A DNA stretch of 64,000 nt from an uncultured Gemmataceae bacterium (GTDB lineage: Bacteria > Planctomycetota > Planctomycetia > Gemmatales > Gemmataceae). This document shows, one piece after another, positions 10,996 to 21,208 of this stretch; position 1 is the first letter of the stretch; each line of letters starts with the position of its first letter. The stretch is taken from the NCBI GenBank assembly GCA_963750165.1, contig CAVVPN010000003.1:832001-896000 (forward strand), given 5' to 3'. Made by a program: the position numbers and the translations under genes. The notes beneath the pieces were generated by a model that ran no database searches, was not told the DNA's origin, and was given only the letters and a program-made list of their open reading frames with translations.

Positions 10996-11843
10996 TCCAC
11001 AAGCAAATGGAAGAGACGCGCGCAGACCTGACCGAGAAGCTGTCCGAACTGGAACAGCAGGTAGGCGGCACGGTCGCGGCGGCCACCAGTGCTGTCGAGA
11101 CCACCAAGGAGGCCGTCACCGATACCGTTGAGGCCGTGAGCAACACGGTCGAAAACGTCAAGGAAAGCTTTGAAACCACCGTCGATACCGTCAAGGACAC
11201 CGTCCAGGAGACGGTGTCCGCAGTCAAGGAGTCGGTGCGGGAGACGGTGCAGTCGGTGGCGGACACGTTCAACCTGCGGCTGCAAACCGAACGCCACCCC
11301 TGGGCGATGTTCGGCGGCTCGATCGCGGTGGGGGCGCTGGCCGGCTACTTGCTGGGGGGCAGTTCCCGGGGCAGACGGTTCCGCTACAACGCCGAGCAGA
11401 TGCGGCCGCAGCGTCTGCCGGAGCGGACGCCAGCCGAGCATGAGTCGATGTTCGGCAGCGCCGCCAGCGCCGTTGAACACGCGGCCGGCAACGTCGCCAG
11501 CACCGTGGGCCACGCGACCAGCAGCGCCGCCAGCGCCGCCGGCAAGGTGGCGAGCAAGGCCGGCGGCCTGTTCAGCGGCTGGCTCGGCGAGCAGCTCGGC
11601 GGCCTCAAGGGCCTGGCGGTCGGCGCCATGATGGGCGTGGTCCGCGACCTGGCCAGGCAGGTCGTGCCCGAGTCCGTCAAGGAGCGCGTGGCCGAGGAAA
11701 TGGACAAGTTCACGCGCAGTCTGGGCGGCGAGCCGATCAAGGGCTCGCTGCTGCCCGAGAACAACGACCAACCGGAACCGCCGCCGCACAACGGCCACGG
11801 CCAGCGCCAGGGCCAGCCGGAGACGGCCGGAGTCCGGTACTGA
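10974..11843 (+). CDS. DUF3618-like protein with TV-rich amphipathic repeats
   Basis: 'IHKQMEETRADLTEKLSELE' N-terminus, 'HPWAMFGGSIAVGALAGYLL'; overlaps the previous gene. Confidence 0.78.
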   Translation: MDREQEVIHKQMEETRADLTEKLSELEQQVGGTVAAATSAVETTKEAVTDTVEAVSNTVENVKESFETTVDTVKDTVQETVSAVKESVRETVQSVADTFNLRLQTERHPWAMFGGSIAVGALAGYLLGGSSRGRRFRYNAEQMRPQRLPERTPAEHESMFGSAASAVEHAAGNVASTVGHATSSAASAAGKVASKAGGLFSGWLGEQLGGLKGLAVGAMMGVVRDLARQVVPESVKERVAEEMDKFTRSLGGEPIKGSLLPENNDQPEPPPHNGHGQRQGQPETAGVRY

Positions 11844-11851
11844 GACGCGCA

Positions 11852-11933
11852 GGCAGCGCGCCAAGCCGCAAGCGGCAGAAAGATGGGTTCGCGCGAAACC
11901 ATCTTTCTGCCGCTTGCGGCTTGGTGCGCTGCC
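11852..11933. repeat. Palindromic REP-like repeat, family C (AAGCCGCAAGCGGCAG)
   Basis: Long hairpin; related copies at 21083-21187 and 33147-33218. Confidence 0.85.
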
Positions 11934-11942
11934 AGGCGCCGC

Positions 11943-12092
11943 ATCTCGACGTATGAAAAAGTTGGCGTTCTTGGCGTCCTTGCTGTGGCAACCGCCGCCG
12001 GTGGTGGTCGCGCCGTGCCAGCCGCACGGGGCCAGGGGGCCGAATCTCGACATGTGAAAAAGTTGGCCCCCTTGGCCTCCTTGGCCCCCTTG
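11943..12092. repeat. Two direct copies of ATCTCGACRTRTGAAAAAGTTGGC (MITE-arm-like)
   Basis: Copies at ~11943 and ~12044; the same motif forms inverted arms at 24636-24782. Confidence 0.8.
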
Positions 12093-12173
12093 CTGCGACA
12101 GCGCAGGCCCCTGCTGGTCAAGCTGTGCCCGCCGTCCCACCCCGTGCGCGATCCGCGTGCGAACCGCTCAAGT

Positions 12174-12512
12174 GCGTTCGGAAGCAAGGAGCGCCTCCGA
12201 GCCGCGCACGCAGCGTACGCGCGGAGTAAGGAGGCGCCGAACAACAACTTCGTAGGACGGCTCTCCAGAGCCGTCTCGACGGCTCTGGAGAGCCGTCCTA
12301 CTCTTGGAAGTTGTTGTTCGGCGCCTCCTAGAGCGATTTGCGTTTGGGTGTAGCGGAAGTCGCCAGACTTCCGAAGCCGCTACGGAAGTCTGGCGACTTC
12401 CGCTACGAGCAAGCCGCTACACTCGACCGCAAAGTGCTCTAAGTGAGCGTCCGCTTACTCCGTGCGTACGCTGCGTGCGCGGCTCGGACGAGTCGTCGTT
12501 GTTTCCGAACGC
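12174..12512. repeat. Nested palindromic element: outer ~57-bp inverted arms enclosing two GTAG-type REP doublets
   Basis: 12174-12230 complements 12454-12512; inner hairpins at 12231-12327 and 12350-12406 (GTAG...CTAC). Confidence 0.88.
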
Positions 12513-12532
12513 TCTTGGCGCTTCCGCCCACC

Positions 12533-12565
12533 AAGAAAAAAAGCGGTGAGGAAAACCCTCACCGC
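12533..12565 (-). terminator. Rho-independent terminator
   Basis: GCGGTGAGG-loop-CCTCACCGC followed by a U-run on the minus strand, downstream of stop 12595. Confidence 0.8.
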
Positions 12566-12594
12566 CTCTCCCCCCTTTGCACGTCACCGTGGCG

Positions 12595-13146
12595 TTAGCA
12601 ACTGCAGGTGAAGATGTCCTCACCGTTGAGGTCCGCGAACTGCTCACGGATCTTGCTATCCTCGTCGTCGTCGTGCGGGTGAACGCCGAGGACGACGCCG
12701 CCGTCGCGGAGCGCCGCCTCGTAAGCCCTGGCGTTATCCTCCGGGATGCCCCAGCCGACCAGGACGCCGATGAGGCCGCCAGTCACGGCGCCGATGCCGC
12801 CGCCGGCGAAAGCCCCGGCCAGGGGGCCAGCGATGAACCAGGTCGCGGCGGCGGTGCCGATGCCCGGCAGCACGATGGTGCTGCCGATCATCGCGATGGC
12901 GCCCAGCGTGGCGCCGACCGCCGTGCCGATGGCGCCGCCAACGCCCAGGCCCTCGCCGGCGTGGCTGCCGGCGGTGATCTTGTCCGGTTTTTCCTTGCCC
13001 GCGTAGTAGATCGAACGGGTCTTGTCGGACATCAGGACGTTAATCTCGTTGTCCGTGTAGCCGCGGCTGTGCAGCATGTCGAGCGCGCGCTCGGCGTTCA
13101 GGCGGTCGCGAAACACTGCCGTCACCATCTTCCGATTGTCCGCCAT
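12595..13146 (-). CDS. General stress protein (YflT/17M-like) with Gly-zipper membrane segment
   Basis: 'VTAVFRDRLNAERAL..L...GY....INVL', Gly-zipper, 'GIPEDNARAYEAALRDGGVVLGV'. Confidence 0.85.
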   Translation of the reverse strand: MADNRKMVTAVFRDRLNAERALDMLHSRGYTDNEINVLMSDKTRSIYYAGKEKPDKITAGSHAGEGLGVGGAIGTAVGATLGAIAMIGSTIVLPGIGTAAATWFIAGPLAGAFAGGGIGAVTGGLIGVLVGWGIPEDNARAYEAALRDGGVVLGVHPHDDDEDSKIREQFADLNGEDIFTCSC

Positions 13147-13235
13147 GTGATTCCCCTCGCGAAAATCCAGGTCGAGTGGTCCCTCTCGCGAACCGCTCAC
13201 GGGAACAACCACCCCCATGTTGACCTGTCTTCGTT

Positions 13236-13251
13236 TGCAAACATCGTACCG
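13236..13251 (-). promoter_or_regulatory. Sigma-54 promoter
   Basis: Minus strand CGGTAC-GATGT-TTGCA, ~90 bp upstream of ATG 13146. Confidence 0.7.
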
Positions 13252-13462
13252 TTGGCGCGACCGTGGCGGTCCCCAGGGCTGCCGCGGAAATCATGGGCCC
13301 ACTCGCGAGGTCACTGGCGGCACGGTGCCGCGCTGAAGTTGGTTAGGTATTCACCTTCCTCACTTTGGGTATCCTCCTGCACCGCGATCTGCCGATCTAT
13401 AGTGGGGGTGCGCGATGAAGCTAACGACACGGCGGATATGGGTTCTCCGTCAATGATGGAGC

Positions 13463-13478
13463 CGGCATATGAATTGCT
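13463..13478 (+). promoter_or_regulatory. Sigma-54 promoter
   Basis: CGGCAT-ATGAA-TTGCT, ~70 bp upstream of ATG 13548. Confidence 0.72.
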
Positions 13479-13547
13479 CCCGTGAATTCGCGATGCTGGC
13501 CCACAGGGGGCGAGCCTTGAGGGAACCTCATGCGAAAGGGAGCTACG

Positions 13548-14059
13548 ATGATGAGGACCGTGAAGCTGGCGACGTTGCTGGTGGTGGGGTTGACGGCGGT
13601 GGGGTGGGCCCGCGCCGGCGGCCAGGTGCTGAGCAAGGAACAGTTCGTCGCCAAGGCAATCGACATCAACCTCACGGAGGAAGACCTGGCCAAACGGGCC
13701 GTCAAGAACGCCCAGTCCGCCGAGGTGCGCAAGTATGCCGAGCACCTGATCCGCGACCACGAGAAGCTGAACCGCAAGCCCCTGGAAATGGCCAGGGAAA
13801 TGAAACTCGGCGTCGTCACGGCCGCCAGCAAGGCCAGCAAGGACGCCCAGCTCAAGCTCGGCACAGCCAGGGCGCGGACTTCGACCAGAAGTTCCTCCAC
13901 ATCATGGTGAGCGGCCACGAGAAGGCGGTCAAGCTGTTCGAGGCCAACGCCAAGGACAACAATGACCCGGTGGTGCGCAAGCTGGCCGCCGATGCGCTGC
14001 CGACGATCCGCGCTCACCTCGAAGAGGCCCGCAAACTGGAAAAAAGCCTCACCAAGTAA
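13548..14059 (+). CDS. DUF4142 family secreted protein; apparent frameshift at ~13869
   Basis: Signal peptide, 'EVRKYAEHLIRDH' in one frame, then 'GADFDQKFLHIMVSGHEKAVKLFE...LPTIRAHLEEAR' in another. Confidence 0.85.
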
Positions 14060-14195
14060 CCCGCACCGGGGCGGCCGCGACGGCCGCCCCGGCCTACTCC
14101 CCTTTCCTATGGTCCGGCGCTCCAATGGCGATAGAATAAGTCTGGAAGCATGTTGGCCGGCCGTTCGTGCCGGCCCAAATCTGAGGAGGTCTGCC

Positions 14196-14471
14196 ATGTT
14201 CAAGAAGTTGTTGGCGGCGGTGGTGCTGTTTACGGCCGTGGGCTTCGCCACTCTGGTCACGCCCCTCGCAGCCGACGCCCAGGTGATCCGGCCGTATAAC
14301 GGCGGCTGGCACGGCGGCTACTATGGACAGGTCTACCGGAACGGGTTCTCCCAGGGTTACTACTGGGTGCCGAACACCTACATCGGCACCAACGGCCGCG
14401 CGTACTTCGGCACCTACAGCTACCCGGGCTACTACGGCGGCACCCCACCGTACTCCGGCATGCGCCGGTGA
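14196..14471 (+). CDS. Small secreted Tyr/Gly-rich protein
   Basis: GAGGAGG RBS, signal peptide ending ADA, aromatic/Gly-rich mature part. Confidence 0.8.
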   Translation: MFKKLLAAVVLFTAVGFATLVTPLAADAQVIRPYNGGWHGGYYGQVYRNGFSQGYYWVPNTYIGTNGRAYFGTYSYPGYYGGTPPYSGMRR

Positions 14472-14503
14472 CACGGACAGCGGTGAAACGCACCGGCCGA
14501 TTT

Positions 14504-14519
14504 CGGCACCCGAATTGCA
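14504..14519 (+). promoter_or_regulatory. Sigma-54 promoter
   Basis: CGGCAC-CCGAA-TTGCA, ~69 bp upstream of ATG 14588. Confidence 0.75.
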
Positions 14520-14587
14520 TTGTCATCCCATGGGAATTCGGAGAAGACCGGCAAACGGTGCCGGCCGGAATCAGTGGGAGGTGCGTT

Positions 14588-14827
14588 ATGTTGAAGAAAG
14601 CACTGCTCGCCCTGGCTCTGTTCGTGACGGTGGGGTTCGCCACGCTGGCCACTCCAGACACCGCGGACGCGCGGATCTTCGGGCGTCGCTTTGGGTACTA
14701 CGGCGGGTTCTACCGGCCGTACTACGGCGGGTATTACGGCTCCTACTCGCCGTACTACTATGGCAGTTACTACCGTCCCTACTACAGCGGCTTCTACACC
14801 GCGCCGTATTACTACTATGGCTGGTGA
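14588..14827 (+). CDS. Small secreted Tyr-rich protein, paralog of 14196..14471
   Basis: GGAGG RBS, similar signal peptide 'MLKKALLALALFVTVGFATLATPDTADA', YYG/YRPYY repeats. Confidence 0.8.
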   Translation: MLKKALLALALFVTVGFATLATPDTADARIFGRRFGYYGGFYRPYYGGYYGSYSPYYYGSYYRPYYSGFYTAPYYYYGW

Positions 14828-14938
14828 GCCGCACAGTGCCGCAACCCAATCTGCCCGCACCCCCGCTGAGGCCAGTCCGTTTGCACGTGGGCTGGCCTCA
14901 CGGGGGTCTTCCGTTCATCCCAACTCTGGAGGTCTTGC

Positions 14939-15445
14939 ATGGCTACGCAGCAGAAGACAACGTCCAGCAACAACGCGGCCGCCAGCGGCCAGGTCACGCG
15001 CGAGGAGCTGATCCGCCTGCTCAACGAGGATCTGTCCCGCGAGTACCAGGCCATCATCGCCTACGTCGTCTACTCGCAGGTGCTCAAGGGCGCCGAGTAC
15101 ATGAACATTGCCCAGGAGTTGGAGAAGCACGCCGCCCAGGAACTGAAGCACGCCCTGATCGTCTCCAGCCAGATCGATTACCTGGGCGGTATGCCGAGTG
15201 TCACCCCCAAGCCGGTGCGGACCTCCGAGGACGCCCGCGAAATGCTGCGTTTCGACCTGGACAACGAGAACGAGACCATCCGCAACTACCGCGAGCGCGT
15301 CCGCCAGTGCGAGGCGCTGGGCGAGTACGCCATCGCCGAGCACCTCCGCGCCATCCTCGTCAACGAGCAGGAGCACCAGATTGATCTGGCGACCGCTCTG
15401 GGCGAGGACGTGCCCGATGTGACCACAGCTGAGCAGCGGGCGTGA
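14939..15445 (+). CDS. Ferritin-like / bacterioferritin-related diiron protein
   Basis: E...ExxH ('ELKH')...E...ExxH ('EQEH') four-helix-bundle ligand pattern; 'IDYLGGMP'. Confidence 0.88.
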   Translation: MATQQKTTSSNNAAASGQVTREELIRLLNEDLSREYQAIIAYVVYSQVLKGAEYMNIAQELEKHAAQELKHALIVSSQIDYLGGMPSVTPKPVRTSEDAREMLRFDLDNENETIRNYRERVRQCEALGEYAIAEHLRAILVNEQEHQIDLATALGEDVPDVTTAEQRA

Positions 15446-15480
15446 ATGGATTTTCTGCCGCCAGCGGCAGAAAAGCAGCC

Positions 15481-15535
15481 GCGGCGCGCAACAAAAACCC
15501 CCACCAGTCAGGTGGGGGTTTTTGTTGCGCGCTGC
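15481..15535. terminator. Bidirectional terminator hairpin
   Basis: GCAACAAAAACCCCCACC-AGTCA-GGTGGGGGTTTTTGTTGC between convergent genes. Confidence 0.85.
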
Positions 15536-15556
15536 GCTTATGGTTCGGGGCCGCCG

Positions 15557-16207
15557 TTACACCGTGATGCGCGGCTGCCCAGGAGGGGCGGTGCTGGCCC
15601 ACGCCGAGCGGACTCCGAAGCCCACCAGCCGCAACGTGGGGCCCGAGCCCGCCAACGCTCCGGCGATGGCCGCGAGCATCGACAGCACGATACCGCCGAA
15701 CGTCCACCACGCGGCGCTGACCATCCGCGAATTGCGGGCGCTGTCCTCCGCCTGCCGCTGGGCGGTCTCGGTGCGCACCGTGGTTGTCGTCGTGACCTGC
15801 ACGTTCTGGTTTGACGCCGTCGCGGGGTTGAACGTCTCGCCCATCACGCCCACGAAGCCGACGTTGACGCGCGTGGCCATCAGCGCCAGCAGCATTGTGA
15901 AGATGGTGCCCCACAGGATGACGCCGTAGATCACCGACTCCTCCTTGGTCTCGCCAGCGGTACAGCGGCTGACCACGCAGCCGCCGCTGAACAGCGCCAG
16001 GATCAGCGTCAGGATCGCCCAGATGGCGGCGCCCATGCTGATGTCAGTGTCGCCCTGCTTGTACAGGATGGTGGCGCCGATCGCCGTGCCCAGCACGCTG
16101 AGCAGGAAAAGGACGGCCACAGTGGTCATCGCGCCGCCCAGGATCGCCCCCCAGCTGACGCGGCTGCGCACGCCCGCCACGTCCTGCAATTGCACTTCGT
16201 TCGTCAT
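15557..16207 (-). CDS. Conserved hypothetical 4-TM membrane protein ('SRVSWGAILGG' type)
   Basis: Four hydrophobic segments, GAGGGAG RBS. Confidence 0.82.
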   Translation of the reverse strand: MTNEVQLQDVAGVRSRVSWGAILGGAMTTVAVLFLLSVLGTAIGATILYKQGDTDISMGAAIWAILTLILALFSGGCVVSRCTAGETKEESVIYGVILWGTIFTMLLALMATRVNVGFVGVMGETFNPATASNQNVQVTTTTTVRTETAQRQAEDSARNSRMVSAAWWTFGGIVLSMLAAIAGALAGSGPTLRLVGFGVRSAWASTAPPGQPRITV

Positions 16208-16275
16208 CGGTGTTCTCCCTCGGTTCAGGTGTCGTCTTCCGGATCAGTCCGGGTTACGTTCGCATCCCTTCCTCT

Positions 16276-16291
16276 TGCAAACGATGTGCCT
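16276..16291 (-). promoter_or_regulatory. Sigma-54 promoter
   Basis: Minus strand AGGCAC-ATCGT-TTGCA, ~69 bp upstream of ATG 16207. Confidence 0.72.
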
Positions 16292-16470
16292 TCGCTGGCG
16301 CCGCCGTGTGTGCGGTGGGGTTCGCTCGGCAATCCCCAATGCCCCTGCCCCCGTTGACAGCCGCGGCCGTGCGCGAGAAACTACCCCAACGCGGCAATCC
16401 AGGCCCACCCGCAGATGGACGGTCGCGAACGCTGACCTACCACCCTGATCCGTCCCCGGAGGCCCCCATC

Positions 16471-19400
16471 ATGTTGCACCGTTCTCCGCGCCGCCTCGGC
16501 CTGGCGCTGGTGAGTCCCATTGTCGCCGTCGCCCTGGCATTGTGGCCCGCGGCCGCCGGCGACAAGGGCGGCCTCGACATCATCGCCACCCTCAAGGGCC
16601 ACGACCAGGAGGTGTACGCCATCGCCTTCAGCCCCGACGGCAAGCAGGTCGTGACCGGCAGCTTCGACCACAAGGCCAAGCTCTGGGATGCCGCCACCGG
16701 CAAGGAACTGCGCACCTTCGCCGGGCCGCAGGGCCACACCAAGCAGGTGCTCACCGTCGCCTTCAGCCCCGACGGCCATCACATCGCCACCGGCGGCGCC
16801 GACAACACCCTCAAACTGTGGGACGTGCCCAGTAATTCGCCGCTGCGGGCGCTGCTCGAAAAGGACGCGGTGAACGGCATCGCCCTGAGCGCCGACGGCA
16901 CCAAGCTGGCGACTGCCGGCAAGGACGGCCTGGTCAAGCTGTGGAACGCCGCCGATTTCAAGCCGCTGTTCACGATGAGCGGCCACAGCGGCCCCGTCAC
17001 CGCGGTCGCGTTCAGCGCCAACGGCCAGACGCTCGCCAGCAGCGGTAGTGACCGGACGGTGCGCTTCTGGGCCGTCGCCAACGGCCAGTCGGTCGGCGTC
17101 ATCGGGGCGCACACCGCGGCGGCGAACAACGTCGTCTTCCACCCGAACAACACCACCGCCTACAGCGTCGGCGGCGACGGCATGCTGAAGTTCTGGCAGG
17201 TGCCGCCGCCGGCGTCGCGGTCGCTGGCCGGCCACACCGACGCGGTGACGGCGCTGGCGCTCAGCTCCGACAACAGCCAGGTGCTGACCGCCGGCGCGGA
17301 CAAGACGGTGCGCGGCTTCACGTTCGCCAACGGCCAGCTGGCGCGGACGCTGACCGGCGCCACCGCGGCGGTCAACGCGGTGGCGGTCAACAGCAACACG
17401 TCGCTGGTCGTCGGCGGCGCGGCGGACGGCCAGGTGTTTTACTGGAACGGCGCGGACAACAAGCTTATCGGGCACCAGTTGGCCCACGCGGGCGGTGTCA
17501 CGGGCGTGAGCGTGCATCCGCAGAACACGCAGTCTGCTGACGGGCGGGGCGGACGGGCTGGCCAAGCTGTGGGCGCTGCCGCCGGTGCCGCCGCGGACGT
17601 TCGCGCACCCGGAGCCGGTGCAGTATGCGGTCGCCAGCGCTGACGGCAAGAAGGTGTACACCGCGGCGGGCAACAAGGTCCGCACCTGGGACGTGGCCAA
17701 GGGCGCCATCGAGAAGGAGTACGCGGGCCACGCGGCGGCGGTCACCGCGGTGGCGGTCAGTCCGAACGGGCAAATCCTCGTCTCCGGCGGCGCCGACCCG
17801 GCCATCCGCTTCCGGGATCAGAAGACCGGCAAGGAGGAACACCAGTACGGTCACGACGGCGGCGCCATCACGTCGCTGGCGATCAACGCCGCCGGGAATC
17901 AGCTGCTGTCGGCGGAGGCGAAGGGCCATGTGAAAGTGTGGTCGCTGCCGCCGGTGCCGCCGAAGGCGCTGCCGCACGGCGACGCGGTGACGTGCGTGGC
18001 CGTCAGCGCCGACGGGGCGAAGGTGCTGACCGGCGGCAGCGACAAGACGGTGCGACTGTGGAACGCCGCCACCGGGGCGAAGGAGCGCGACTTCACCGGC
18101 CCGGCTGGCAAGGTGCTGGCGGTGGCGTTCAGCCCGGATGGCAAGTACATCGCGGCGGCCAGCGAGGACAAGGCCGTGACGGTGTGGACGACCGCCGACG
18201 GCAAGCAGGTGAAGAAGTACGCATTGCCCGCGGCGGGGGCGGCGGTGGCGTTCAGCCCGGCCAACAAGACGTTCGCGGTCGGCGGTGCGGATAACATCAT
18301 TCGCGTGTTTGACGTGACCAAGGACAAGGAGGAAAAGGCGCTCACGGGCCACACGGGGACGGTGACGGGTTTGGCGTACCTCGGCAAGGGCGAGCAACTG
18401 CTGTCGGGCAGCGCGGACGCCACGGTGCAGCTGTGGAACGTCGCCCAGGCGAAATCCGAGAAGCAATTCAAGCTCAACGCGCCGGTGCTCAGCCTGAGCG
18501 TGAGCAAGAACGGCGGCACGTTCGCCGCCGCGATGGAGAAGATGGTGCTTGTCCGTGCGCTGGACGCCAAGGGCGACGGTGACGGCTTCGCGGCCAACAA
18601 GGTTCGCTCCGCCAGCCTGTCGCCGGACGGTGCGAAGCTCGCCGTCGCCACGGCGGACAACCGCGTCACCGTCTACAACGCTGCCGCGGGCCGGGCCTAC
18701 GGCGTCAGCACCGAGTTCTTCACTCACGACGGCGTGCAGGCAGTCGCGTTCCACCCGGACGGCAAGCGCCTCGTGAGCGGCGGCGGCGACAAGGCGGCGC
18801 GTGTCTGGACGCAGGCGCTGCTGTGGCAAACCCAGCGAACCGGGAAGCCGGAGGTCGCCATCTACAGCCCCAAGGGCGACCTGATCATCGCCGCCGGCGA
18901 CAAGGCCATCAAAATCTACCAGGCGGCCGACGGCAAGGAACTGCGCACCATCGCTGCGAACGACGGCCCGGTGAACAGACTGAGCCTCAGCGCCGACGGC
19001 ACGCGCCTCACAGCCGCCGGCGCGAGGGACAAGCTCGTCAAGGTGTGGGACACCGCCGCCAAGGGCGATGATCCGCTGGCTACGTTCGAGGTGGGCGCGA
19101 ATGCGCACGCGGTTATCAGCCCCAACGGCCAGCGTGTGGCGGTCACCAGCGTCGGGCAGGACCTGATCACCAACCTGCAAGTCTTTGACCTGGTGCTGGG
19201 CCGCGAGGTGCAGACCTTCCGCGACAAGCAGCTGTACGCCGAGGGCTTCCTGCCCGACAACCGCACGCTGCTGGTCAGCAGCCCGGCCGGGAAAAACGTC
19301 CAGTTGCTGGACGTGAACGTGCTGACCGCCTTCGATGCCCACAAGGGCGGCGTCGTCAGCGCCCAGTATCACAGCAGCGGCGCCTTGATCCTGACCGCCG

Positions 19401-21119
19401 GCAAGGACAACACCGTCAAACTCTGGGATGTGGTCAAAAGCAACGTGCTGAAAACGAAGACCTTCGGCCCCTTCCCCGACCCGGTGCGCGCCGCCGTGTT
19501 CAGCCGTGATTTCACGCAGGTCGGCGCCGCGGTCGGCAAGAGCGTCAAGGTGTGGAACGTCGCCGACGGCAAGGAAGTGCTGACGCTGCCGCACCCGGCG
19601 GAGGTCGCGGCGCTATCGTTCAGCGCCGACAAGACGCGCATCGCCACCGCCGCGGCGGACAAACAAACGCGGCTCTGGGACGCGGCCACCGGCAAGGAAC
19701 TACAATTCTTCGCGCAGCCCGGTGCCGTGCAGACGGTCCTCTATCACCCGAACAACGCGGCGATCCTGAGCGGCGGCACCGACAAGGTGGTCAGCATCGA
19801 CGCGCCGGCGATTCAACGGTTGATCCCCGCCGCGACGGCACCGCTGCACGCGCTGACGCTGACGCCGAACGCCACACACGTCGTCACCGCCGGGGCTGAT
19901 AAAACCGTGACGTTCTGGAACCTCGCCAACGGCAACAAGGAAAAAACCTTCGGCGGCGCGACGGTCACGCTGTTCGCGGTGGCGCTCAACAAGGCCAACA
20001 CGCTGCTCGCGGCCGGCGGCGCCGACAAGCGCGTGCGCTTGTATAACCTCGCGGACGGCAAGGAAATCAAGGCCGTGGCGCTGGGCGGCGCAGTCAAGAC
20101 GCTACAGTTCAGCCCGAACAACCTGGCGCTGGCGGCCGGAAGTGCGGACAAAACGCTGCAAGTGTGGAGCACGCCGTTCACACCCGGACAGCCGTTGTCG
20201 CCGGACCTGCTGAAGCCGCTGCAAACCTTCACGCACGACGGCGCCGTGACCGATGTGGCCTTCGCCGCGGACAATGCCACGCTGTACGCCAGCAGTCTCG
20301 GCAACAGCGTCAAGGCGTTCCGCGTTGCGGCGGACGCACCGACCAAGAGTTTCGGGCACCCGAACCAGGTGTACGCGGTGGCGTTCAGCCCCAACGGCAA
20401 CCTGCTGGCGACCGGCAATGTCGATGGCAAAATCCGCATTTACGACGTGGCCAAGGCCACGCTGGTCAAGGAGATCAACGCCCACACGGTCAAGGACATG
20501 ACGCAGATTTACAACGTCGCCTTCACGCCGGACGGCAAGCAGATCGCCAGCTGCAGCTACGACAACAGCATCAAACTGTTCGACGCCACGAGCGGGGCGC
20601 TGGTCAAGGAGTTCAAGGCGTACAAGGTGAAGGACTTCGAGAAGGGTCACCGCGACCCGGTCTTCAGCATCGCGATCAGCCCGGACGGCAAATTTCTGGC
20701 AAGCGGCTCGGGCGGCATCGAGCGCGTCATCAAAATCTGGAACCTCGCCGACGGCAGTGTGGTGCGCGACCTGAACAACCCGAAGCTGAAGCGCTTCGGC
20801 GTGAAGCCGCCACCGAAGTCGCACCCGGGCTGGATCTACGCCCTGCGCTTCACGAAGGACGGCAAGCTCGTCAGCGTCGGCGACGCGCCGATCAACAAGG
20901 GCTACCTGGCGGTCTGGAACCCGCAAGACGGCAAGCTGCTCTACGGCGAAGAACTGCCGCTGGGCTCGTTCTACGCGCTGGCACTGACGGCGAACGGCGA
21001 CCGCTTGGCCATCGCCGCGGGGCCGCGGCAGACCGACGCCGGGGTTCAACAGTGGGTATGTGGTCAAGATGCCCGTGAAGGGAGCGCCAAGCGGCAAGCC
21101 GCAGAAACAGGAGCGCTAA
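16471..21119 (+). CDS. Large secreted WD40-repeat protein (~1550 aa); apparent frameshifts at ~17533 and ~21025
   Basis: Signal peptide, dozens of 'GH...V..VAFSPDG...TGG.DKT.KLWD' repeats across ORFs 16210..17643 and 17585..; C-terminus 'GRPTPGFNSGYVVKMP...QER*' in an alternative frame. Confidence 0.88.
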
Positions 21120-21187
21120 GCGGCAAGCCGCAGAAAGAAGGCACCGAGCGCCGGGTCTTTTCTTTCTGCGGCTTGCCGCTTAGCGCT
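21083..21187. repeat. REP-like family C cluster (two direct + one inverted copy)
   Basis: AAGCGGCAAGCCGCAGAAA x2 then TTTCTGCGGCTTGCCGCTT. Confidence 0.8.
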
Positions 21188-21208
21188 TCCGCCATCAAGG
21201 GAGTGAGC

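Noticed and set aside
11852..12565. CRISPR array
   Set aside because: Repeats are inverted and heterogeneous, with no regular repeat-spacer period and no cas genes.
14115..14130. Sigma-54 promoter CGGCGC-TCCAA-TGGCG
   Set aside because: Spacing is right but both boxes deviate; too weak to list as a feature.
14869..14885. Sigma-54 promoter for the ferritin-like gene
   Set aside because: GG-to-GC spacing is 11 rather than the required 10 (could be an indel error).
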